A DNA stretch of 64,000 bases from the NCBI RefSeq assembly GCF_009914755.1, contig NC_060925.1, one strand, 5' to 3'. This document shows, one piece after another, positions 49,823-64,000 of this stretch. A program made the position numbers and the translations under genes. Source of the DNA: the human T2T-CHM13v2.0 reference genome, Homo sapiens. Below the pieces are notes generated by a model. It searched no databases. It was not told where the DNA came from and saw nothing but the letters and a program-made list of their open reading frames with translations. Every line of letters begins with the position of its first letter. Position 1 is the stretch's first letter.

Positions 49823-52800
49823 TGACACATCTCTGAAATGATCAAAAAAGTGATATAAGTCTTGTCTAGGCTCTGCCTACAGGGGCTTTGCGACTTATCT
49901 CTGCACTAATCACCCAGGTGATGGGACTTGTGTCTAGGCTCTGCCTATGGGAGCATTGTGACATATCTCTACACTGATCACCCAGGTGACGTAACACATG
50001 TGTTGGATCTGCCTATGGGGACATTGTGACATATTTCTTCACTGATCACCCAGGTGATGGGACTCTTGTCTAGGCTCTTTGTATGGGGGCTTTGTGACAT
50101 ATCTCTGCACTGAACACACAGGTGATGTAACACTTGACTAGGCTCTGCCTATGGGGCATAATGACATATCACTGTATTGATCACCGAGGTGATGTAACTC
50201 TTGTCCAGGCTCTGCCTATAGGGGTCCTTGTGACATATCTCTGCACTGATCATCTAGGTGATGTAACTCTTGCTTACGCTCTGCCTGCAGGCGCATTGTG
50301 AAATATTTCTAAACTGATCACCCAGGTGATGGGATTCTACTCTAGGCTCTGCCTACAGGGGGCATTGTCAAATATTTCTGCACTGATCACCCAGGTGACG
50401 GACTCTTGTCTTGGATTTGACTATGGGATCATTGTGTCATATATCTGCACTGATCAACCAGGTGACGTAACTCTGGTCTAAGCTCTGCCTAAAGGAGGAT
50501 TGTGACAGATCTCTGCACTGATCACTCAGGTGATGTAACAATTGTCTAGGCTCTGCTCAAAGGGCCTTGTCACATATCTCTGCACTGATAACCCAGGTGA
50601 CGTAACTCATCTCTAGGCTCTGCTTAGAGGGGGTATTTTGACATATCTCTGCACTGATCACCTAAGTGATGCAACACTTGTGTAGGCTCTGCCTACAGGG
50701 GAATTTTGACATATCTCTGCACTGTTAACCGAGGTGATGTAACTCTTGTCTAAGCTGTGGCCAGAGGGGGATTGAGACATATCTCTGCACTGAGCCCGAG
50801 GTGAACCAACTCTTGCCTGGTCTCTACCTAGTGGTTATATTGTGACATATCTCTGAACTGATCTCGCAGGTGCTGTAACTTTAGTCTAGGCTCCAGCTAC
50901 ACGGCATTGTGACATATCACTGCACTGATCACCCAGGTGATATAACTCTTGTCTAGGCACTGCCTACAGGGCGCTTGTGACATATCCCTGCACTGATCAC
51001 CCAGGTGATATAACTCTTCTCTAGGATCTGCCTACAGGGATTTTTGTGACATATCCCTGCACTGATCACCCAGGTCATATACCACTTGTCAAGGCTCTGC
51101 CTACAGGGGCATTGCAATGTATCTCTGAACTTATCACCTAGGTCATGTAACTCTTGTCTAGGCTCTGCCTACAGTGGCATTGTGACATATCTCTGCACTG
51201 ATCACCCAGGTGATGTAACTCTTCTCTAAGATCTGCATACAGGGTGCTTTGTGACATATCCCTGCAATGATCACCCAGGTGATGTACCACTTGTCAACGC
51301 TCTGCCTTCAGGGACATTGTGATGTATCTCTGCACTGATCACGTAGGTCATGTAACTCTTGTCTAGGCTCTGCCTACAGTGGCATTGTGACACATCCCTG
51401 CACTGATCATCCAAGTGATGTAACTCTTGTCTAGGATCTGCCTAAAGGTACTTTGTGACATAACTCTGCAGTGATCATCCAGGTGATGGGGCTTTTGTCT
51501 AGGCTCTGCCTAAGGGGGTGTTGTGACATATTTTTGCGCTGATCACCCTGGTGACGGACTCTTGTCTTGGATCTGCCTGTGGGGGCATTGTGACTTATCT
51601 CTGCACTGCTCACCTAGGTGATGGAACTGTTTTATAAGCTCTGCCTATAGGGGAATTGTGAGAAATCTCGCCACTGATCACCTAAGTGATGTAACTATTG
51701 TCCAGGCTTTGCCTACAGGGGGCTTTGTGACATACCTTTGCACTGATCACCCAGGTGATGTAACTCATCTAAGTTCTGCCTACAGGAGCTTTGTGATATA
51801 TCTCTGCACTGATCAGTTAGGTGATATAACACTTTTATAAGCACTGCCTACAGGGAATGTTGACAAATCTCTGCACTGGTCACCTAGGTGATTTAACTCT
51901 TGTCTAACCTCTGCCCAAAGGGGGCATTGTGAAATATCTCTGCACTGATCACCCAGGTGATTCAACTCTTGTCTAGGATCTGCCTACAGGGGGTATTGTG
52001 AAATATCTCTGCACTGATCTACTAGATGATGTAACTCTTTTCTAGGCTCTGGCTACAGGGGCGTTTTCACATATCCCTGAACTGATGACAAAGGTGATGT
52101 AACTCTTGCCTAGGCTTTGCCTAGAGGGGACATTCTGACAAATCTCTGCACTGATCACCCAGGTGACAGACTGTTTTCTTGGATCTGCCTATGGGGGCAT
52201 TGTGACATATCTCTGCACTGATCACCCAGGTGATGTAACCCTGGTCTAAGCTCTGCCTAAAGGGGCATTGTGACAGATCTTTGCACTGATCACTCAGGTG
52301 ATGTAACAATTGTCTAGGCTCTGCTTAAAGGGGCCTTGTCACATATCTCTGCACTGATCACCCAGGTGATGTAACTCTTGTCTAGGCTCTGCTTACAGGG
52401 GGTATTGTGACTTATCTCTGCACTGATCACCTAAGTGATGTAACATTTCTGTAGGCTCTGCCTACAGGGGCATTTTGACATATCTCTGCACTGTTAACCG
52501 AGGTTATGTAACACTTGTCCAGGCTGTGCCCACAGAGGGTTTGAGCCGTATGTCTGCACTGATCCCGAGGTGATCCAACTCTTGCCTGGTCTCTGCCTAC
52601 TGGGGACATTGTGACTTATCTCTGCACTGATCTCCGTGGTGCTGTAACTTTAGTCTAGGCTCTGGCTAAACGGCATTGTGACATATCACTGCACTGATCA
52701 TCCAAGTGATATAACACTTGTCTAGGCTCTGCCTACAGGGGGCTTGTGACTTATCTCTGTACTGATAACCCAGGTGATATAATTCTTCTCTACGACCTGC

Positions 52801-55800
52801 CTACAGGGTGCTTTGTGACTTATCCCTGCAATGATCACCCAGCTGATACACTCTTGTCCAGGCTTTGCCTACAGGGGCATTGCGATGTATCTCTGCACTG
52901 ATCACCTAGATCATGTAACTCTTGTCTAGGCTCTGCCTAAAGTGGCATTGTGACATATATCTGTACTGATGACCCAGGTGATGTAACTTTATTCTAGGAT
53001 CCGCATACAGGGTGCTCTGTGACATATCCCTGCAATGATCATCCTGGTGATGTACCACTTGTCAAGGCTCTGCTTACAATGACATTGCGTTGTATCTCTA
53101 CACTGATCACCTAGGTAATGTAACTCTTGTCTAGGCTGTGCCTACAGTGGCATTGTGACATATCTCTGCACTGATCATCCAAGTGATGTAACACTTGTCT
53201 AGGATCTGCCTAAATGGACTTTGTGACATAACTCTGTAATGATCATCCAGGTGATGGGGCATTTGTCTATGCTCTGCCTAAGGGGGCATTGTGACATATT
53301 TCTGCACTGATCACGCAGGTGACGGATTCAGGTCTTGGATCTGGCTATGGGGGCTTTGTTATATATCTCTGCACTGATCATGTAGGTGATGTTACTCTTG
53401 TTTACGCTCTGCCTGCAGGGGCATTGTGAAATATCTCTGCACTGATCACCCAGGTGATGGGACTCTTCTCTAGGCTTTGCCTACTGGGGGCATTGTCACA
53501 TATTTCTGCACTGATCACCCAGGTGATGGACTCTTGTCTTGGATTTGCCTATGGGGGCATTGTGACATACCTCTGCACTGATCACCCAAGTGATGTAACT
53601 CTGGTCTAAGCTCTGACTAAAGGGGCATTGTGACAGATCTCTGCACTGATCACTCAGCTGATGTAACTATTGTCTAGGCTCTGCTTAAAGGGGCCTTGTC
53701 ACATATCTCTGCACTGATCACCCAGGTGATGTAACCCTTGTCTAGGCTCTGCTTACAGGGGGTATTGTGACATGTCTCTGCACTGAATACCTAAGTGATG
53801 TAACTCTAGTGTAGGCTCTGCCTATTGGGGCATTTTAACATATCTCTGCACTGTTAAACGAGGTGATGTAACCCTTGTCTAGGCTGTGCCCACAGGGCGA
53901 TTGAGACATATCTCTGCACTTATCCTGAGGTGATCCAACTCTTGCCTGGTCTCTGTCTACTGGGGACATTGTGACATATCTCTGCACTGATCTCCCAGGT
54001 ACTATAAATTTAGTATAGGCTCAGGCTACACGGCTTTGTGACATATCACTGCACTGATCACCCAGGTGATATAACTCTTGTCTAGGCTCTGCCTACAGGG
54101 GGCTTGTGACATATCTCTGCACTGATCACCCAGGTGATATAACTCTTGTCTAGGATCTGCCTACTGGGTGCTTTGTGACATATCCTTGCAATGATCACCC
54201 AGGTGATATACCACTTGTCAAGGCACTTTCTACAGAGGCATTGCGATGTGTCTCTACACTGATAACCTAGGTCATGTAACTCTTGTCTAGGCTCTGCCTA
54301 CGGTGGCATTGTGACATATCTCTGCACTGATCACCCAGATGATGTAACTCTTTTCTATGATCTGCCTACAGGGTGCTTTTTGACATATCCCTGCAATGAT
54401 CACCCAGGTGTTGTACCACTTGTCAAGGCTCTGCCTACAGGGACATTGCGATGTACCTCAGCACTGATCACCTAGGTCATGTAACTCTTGTCTAGGCTCT
54501 GCCTACAGTGGCATTGTGACATATCACTGCACTGATCATCCAAGTGATGTAACTCTTGTCTAGGATCTTCCTAAAGGGACTTTGTGACATAACTCTGCAC
54601 AGATCATGTAGGTGATGGCACTTCTGTCTAGGCTCTGCCTAAGTGGGCATTGTGACATATTTTTGCACTAATCGCGCTGGTGACGGACTCTTGTCTTGGA
54701 TCTGCCTGTGGGTTCACTGTGACATATCTCTGCACTGATCACCCAGGTGACGTAACAGTTGTATAAACTGTCTACAGGGGAATTGTGAGAGATCTCGCCA
54801 TTGATCACCCAAGTGATGTAACTATTGTCTAGGCATTGCCTACAGAGGGCTTCGTGACATACCTTTGTACTGATCACCCAGGTGATGTAACTCATCTAAG
54901 TTCTGCCTACAGGAGCTTTGTGACATATCTCTGCACTGATCACTTAGGTGATGTAACACTTTTATAACCACTGCCTACAGGGAATTTTGAAAAGTCTTTG
55001 CACTGATCACCTAGGTGATGTAACTCTTGTCTACCCTCTGCCCAAAGGAGGCATTGGGAAATATATCTGGATTGATCACCCAGGTGATTCAACTTTTGTC
55101 TAGGATCTGCCTACAGGGGGTATTGTGAAACATCTCTGCACTGATCAACTAGGTGATGTAACTCTTGTCTAGGCTCTGCCTACAGGGGGTATTGTGAAAC
55201 ATCTCTGCACTGATCAACTAGGTGATTTAACTCTTGTCTAGGCTCTGCCTACAGTGGCGTTTTCACGTATCCCTGAGCTGATGACAAAGGTGATGTAACC
55301 CTTCTCTACGCTCTGCCAACAGGGGCGTTTTCACATATCCCTGAACTGATGACAAAGGTGATGTAACTCTTGCCTAGGCTTTGCCTACAGGCGACATTGT
55401 GACATATCTCTGCACTGTTCACCCAGGTGATACAACTCTTCTCTATGCTCTGCATACAGGGGGCATTGTGACATATCTCTGCACTGATCATCCAGGTGAT
55501 GTAACTCTTTTCTAGTCTCTGCCTAAGGAGTGCGTTGTGACATCATTCTGCACGGATCACCCGGATTATGTAAATCTTGTCTAGGCTCAGCCTATGGGGG
55601 CATTTTGAGTTATCTCTGCACTGATCACCAAGGAGATGTGACTCTTGTCTAAGCTCTGCCTAGAGGGATATTGGGACATATCTCTGCACTGATCGCTGAG
55701 GTGATGTAAAACATGTCTAGGCTTTGCCTACAGTGGGATTTATGACATATAGCTGCACTGATCACCCAGGTGATGTAACTCTTGTCTAGGCTCTGCTTAC

Positions 55801-57651
55801 AGGGGGTATTGTGAGATATCTCTGCTCTGATCACCCAGGTAATGTAACTCTGGTCTAGGCTTTGCCCACAGGAGCATTTTAACATATAACTGCACTGATC
55901 ACCGAGATGATGTAACTCTTTTATAGGCTTCACCGACAGGATCATTGAGACATATCTCTGCACTGATCACCGAGGTGATGCAACTCTTGTCTGGGATCTG
56001 CTTACAGGGGGCTTTGTGACATATTTCTGCACTGATCACCCTGGTGATGTAACTCTTGTTTAGGCTCTGCCTATGGGGGCTTTGTGACATATCTCTGCAC
56101 TGGTCACCAAGGTGATGTAACTCTTGTCTAGGCTCCACCTACAGGGGGTATTGTGACGTATCTCTGCACCGATCACCCAAGTGATGTAACTCTTGTCTAG
56201 GCTCCGCCTACAGGGTGTATTGTGACGTGTCTCTGCACTTATCACCCAGGTGATGTAACATTTATCTAGGCTCTGCCTACTGGGACGTTTTTACATAGCT
56301 CTGAACAGATCATCTAAGTTATGTAACTCTTGTCTACCCTGTGCCTACAGGGGGCATTGTGAAATATCTCTGCACTGATCACCCAGGTGATGGAAGTCTT
56401 GTCTAGGCTCTGTCTATGGGGGCATTGTCTCAAATATCTCTGCACTGATCACCCAGGTGATGGGACTCTTCTCTATACGCTGCCTAGAGGGGAATTTGTG
56501 ACATATCTCTGCAATGATCACCCAGATTATGTAACTCTTGTCTAGTCTCTGTCTACAGAGATTTTTGTGACATATCACTGCACTGATCACCTAGGTGATG
56601 TAAGCCTTTAGTGGGCTTTGCCTACAGAAGGCTTTGTGACATATCTACGCACTGATCTCTGAGGTGATGCAACTCTTGTCTAGGCTCTGCCTACAGGGGA
56701 CATTGATACATATCTCTGCATGGATCACCCAGGTGATGGACTCTTGTCTTAGATCTGCCTGCATGGACATTGTGACACATCTCTGAAGTGATCAACCATG
56801 TGATGAAACTCTTGTCCAGGCTCTGCCTACAGGGGCTTTGTGACACATCTCTGCACTGATCACTCTGGGGAGGGAACTCTTCTCTACGCTCTGCCTACAG
56901 GAGGCTTTATGAGTTATACCTACACTGATAACCTAGGTGATGTAACACTTGTCTAGACTCTGCCTACACGGGAATTCTCACATATCTCTGCACTGATCAC
57001 CCAGTTGATGTAACTCATTCCTAGGTTCAGCCTACAGGAGCGTTTTGACATATCTCTGCACTGATCACCCAGGTGATGTAACCCTTGTCTAAGCTCTGCC
57101 TACAGGGGCATTGTGACAGATCTCTCCACTGCTCACCCAGGTGATGTAACAATTGTCTGCGCTTTGCCTACAGGGGGCTTTGTGATATACATTTCCACTG
57201 ATCAAACAGGTAATGTAACCCTTGTCAAGGTTCTGCTTACAGTGGCTTTGTGACATATCTCCTCACTGATCACCCCAGGGAGGAAACACTTGTCTACACT
57301 CCACCTACAGGAGGCTTTACGACTTATCCCTGCACTGATCCCTAGGTGATGTAACACTTGTCTAGGCCCTGTCTACACGGGAATTTTCACATATCTCTGC
57401 ACTGATCACCTCAGTTTTGTAACGCTTGTCTAGGTTCAGCCTACTGGGGATTTCTGACATACCTATGCACTGAACACCGAGGTTATGTAAATCATTTCCA
57501 GGCCTTTTGTACAGGGGACATTGTGATATATCTCTGCACTGATCACCCAAATGATGCAAATTTTCTCTAGGCTCCGCAGGGAGGGGGCATTGTGACATAA
57601 TTCTGAACTGATCATCCAGGATATGTAACTATTCTATGGGCTTTGACTAAA
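49823..57651 (-). repeat. Beta satellite array
   Basis: 68-bp monomers. Confidence 0.97.
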
Positions 57652-60416
<2,765 letters not shown>

Positions 60417-63400
60417 TGACACATCTCTGAACTGATCAACAAAGTGATGTAACCCTTGTCTAGGGTCTGCCTACAGGGGCTTTGTGACATATATCTGCGC
60501 TGATAACCCAGCTGATGGGAGTTTCCTCTAGGCTCTGCCTATGGGGGCATTGTGACATATCTCTACACTGATCACACAGGTGATGTAACTGTTGTGTTGG
60601 ATCTGCCTATGGGGGTATTGTGACATATTTCTGCACTGATCACCCAGGTGATGGGACTCTTGTCTAGGCTCTGTGTATGGGGTCTTTGTGAAATATCTGC
60701 ACTGATCACCCAGGTGATGTAACGCTTGACTAGGCTCTGCCTACAGGGCATAGTGTCATATCACTGCATGGATCACCAAGGTGATGTAACTCTTGTCCAG
60801 GTTCTTTGTATAGAGGGCCTTGTGACATATCTCTGCACTGATCATCTAGGTGATGTAACACTTGCTTATGCTCTGCCTGCAGGGGCATTGTGAAATATCT
60901 CTGCACTGATCATCCAGGTGATGGCACTCTTCTCTAGGATCTGCCTACTGGGGGCATTGTCACATATTTCTGCACTGATTCCCCAGGTGACAGTATATTT
61001 TACTGGATTTGCCTATAGGGGCATTGTGAGATATCTCTGCACTGATCACCCAGGTGATGTAACACTGGTCTAAGCTCTGCCTAAAGGGGCATTGTGACAG
61101 ATCTCTGCACTGATCAATCAGGTGATGTAATTATTGTCTAGGCTCTGCTTAAAGGGGCTTTGTCACATATCTCTGCACTTAACACCCAGGTGATGTAACT
61201 CTTGTCTAGGTTCTCCTTACAGGATGTATTGTGACATATCTCAGCATTGATCACCTAAGTGAAGTAACACTCGTGTAGGCTCTGCCTACAGGGGCATTTT
61301 GACATATCTCTGCACTGTTAAGTGAAGTGTTGTAACTCTTCTCTAGGCTGTGCCCACAGCGGGATTGAGACATATTCTGCACTGATTCCTAGGTGATGCA
61401 ACTCTTGCGTGGTCTCTGCCTACTGGGGACATTGTGACATATCTCTGCACTGATCTCCCAGGTGCTCTAAATTTTGTCTAGGCTGCGCCTACACGTCATT
61501 GTGACATATCACTGCACTTATGACCCAGGTGATATAACTCTTCTCTAGGCTCTCCCTACAGTGGCATTGTGACATATCTCGGCACTGATCATAGAGGTGA
61601 TGTAACTCTTTTCTAGGATCTGCCTACAGGGTGCTTTGTGACATATTCCTGCAACGATCACCCAGGTGATGTACCACTTGTTACGTCTATGCCTACAGGG
61701 ACATTACTATGTATGTCTGCACTGATCACCTAGGTCATGTAACTCTTGTCGAGGCTCTGCCTACAGTGGCATTGTGACATATCTCTGCAATGATCATCCA
61801 AGTGATGTAACCCATGTCTAGGATCTGCCTAAAGTGACTTTGTGACATAACTCTGCACTGATCATCCAGGTAATGAGGCTTTTGTCTCGGCTCTGCCTAA
61901 GGGGGCATTGTGACATATTTCTGCACGGATCACCCAGGTGACGGACTCTTGTCTTGGATCTGCCTATGGGGGCATTGGGACATATGTATGCACTGATCAC
62001 CCTTGGGATGTAACTGTTGTATAAGCTCTGCCTACAGGGGAATTGTGAGAGAACTCGCCACTGATCACCCAAGTGATGTAACTATTGTCTAGGCTTTGCC
62101 TACAGGGGACTTTGTGACATACCTTTGCAGTGAGAACCCAGGTGATGTAACTCATCTAAGTTCTGCCTAGAGGAGCTTTGTGACATATCTCTGCACTGAT
62201 CACTTTGGTGATGTAACACTTTTATAAGCTCTGCCTACAGGGAATTTTGACAAATCTCTGCACTGATCACCTAGGTGATGTAACTCTTGTCTGCCCTCTA
62301 CCCAAAGGGGGCATTGGGAAATATCTCTGCACTGATCACCCACGTGATTCAACTCTGGTCTAGGACCTGCCTACAGGGGGTATTGTGAAATATCTCTGCA
62401 CTGATCAACTAGGTGATGTAACCTTTGTCTATATTCTGCCTACAGGGGCGTTTTCACATATCCCTGAACTGATGACAAAGGTGATGTAACTCTTGCCTAG
62501 GCTTTGCCAACAGGGGACATTGTGACATATCTCTGCACTGACCACCTAGGTGATGCAACTCTTCTCTGTGCTCTGCCTACAGGAGGCATTGTGACATATC
62601 TCTGCACTGATCACCGAGGTGATGCAACTCTTGTGTGGGATGTGCTTACAGGGGGCATTGTGACATATCTCTGCCCTGATCACCCAGGTAATGTAACTCT
62701 TGTCTAGGCTCTGCCTACTGGAGACATTGTGAGAAATCTCCGCATTGATCACCCAGGTGATGTCACTTTTGTCAAGGATATGGCTACAGGGGCATTGTGA
62801 CATGTCACTGCACTGATCACACAGCTGATGTAACTCTTGTCTAGGCTCTGGCTACAGGGGGCTTGTGACATATCTCTGCACTGATCACCCAGGTGATGTA
62901 ACCATTGTCTAGGCTCTGCCAAATGGGGCATTGTGACATAATTCTGCACTGATCACGCAGGTGATGGGACCCTTGTCTAGGCTCTGCCTACAGGGGCATT
63001 GTGATATATCTCTGCAGTGATCATGCAGGTGATGTAACTCTTGTCTATATCTGCCTGCTGGAGGCATTGTGGAATATATCTGCACTGATCACCCAGTTGA
63101 TGGACTCTTGTCTTGGATCTGCCTATGGGGGCATAGTGACATATCTCTGCCCTGATCTCTCATGTGATGTAACCCTTGTCTAAGCTGCGCCTAAAGGGGA
63201 ATTGTGACAGATATCTCCACTGATAACCCAGGTGATGTAACAATTTTCTGGGATTTGTCTACAGAGGCTTTGTGACATAACTTTGCACTGATCAGCATGG
63301 TGATGTAACAACTCTTGTCTAGGCTCGGCCTACAGGGGCTTTGTGACATATTTCTGCACTCATCAACCAGGTGATGTAACACTTGTTTCGGCTGTGCCTG

Positions 63401-64000
63401 CAGGGGCTTTGTGACATATATCTATACTGATCGCCCAGGTGATGTAACTCTTCTCTAGGCTCCACCTACTGGGGCTATTTTGACGTATCTCTTCACTGAT
63501 CACCCAGGTGATTTAACTTTGTCTAGGCTCCACATACAGGGGGTATTGTGACGTATGTCAGCACAGATCATCGAGGTGATGTAACATTTATCTAGGCTAC
63601 GCCTACATGGGCGTTTTGACATAGCTCTGCACAGATCACCTAGGTTATGTAACTCTTGTGCACTCTCTGCCTACAGGGGGCATTGTGAATTATCTCTGCA
63701 CTGATCACCCAGGTGATGGGACTCTTCTCTATACTCTGCGTACAGGACGAAACGTTACATATCTCTTCACTGATCCCCCAGATGATGGAATTCTTGTCTA
63801 GACTCTGTCTATGGTGGTAGTGGGTCAAATATCTGCACTGATCACCCTGGTGATGTAACTCTTTTCTAGGCTCTGTCTACAGGGATTTTTGTGACATATC
63901 ACTGCACTGATCACCTAGGTGATGTAAGCGTTGTATGGGCTTTTCCTACAGAAGGCTTTGTGACATATCTATGCATTGATCTCTGAGGTGATGCAACTCT
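60417..64000 (-). repeat. Beta satellite array, runs off the window
   Basis: 68-bp monomers. Confidence 0.97.

Overview
Primate, most likely human, heterochromatic repeat DNA, not prokaryotic. About 73% of the window is 68-bp beta (Sau3A/BSR) satellite, consensus approximately GATCAGTGCAGAGATATGTCACAATGCCCCTGTAGGCAGAGCCTAGACAAGAGTTACATCACCTGGGT. It is interrupted by seven solitary D4Z4-derived DUX4-like (DUX4L) units: one 5'-truncated (2187-3050, +) and six of about 2.75 kb (5828-8591 +; 10819-13571, 23542-26308, 35709-38496, 47103-49822, 57652-60416 all -). The six long units share the same 5' satellite junction, and all seven share the same pLAM-like 3' junction, so the amplified unit is a composite DUX4L + beta-satellite super-repeat of about 10-13 kb. 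The whole array switches strand at about 10,300. No unit encodes full-length DUX4. None has the ATTAAA polyA signal of the FSHD-permissive 4qA allele; all seven have GTCACA there. This architecture is typical of acrocentric short arms and some pericentromeric regions, but the exact locus cannot be determined here. I found no convincing novel biological system. The best leads are the apparent origin of DUX4 exon 3 and its polyA signal, templated-insertion and fold-back junction scars, and subfamily relationships among the units. Comparisons to 4q35 D4Z4/DUX4 rely on recalled reference sequence and need confirming by alignment.
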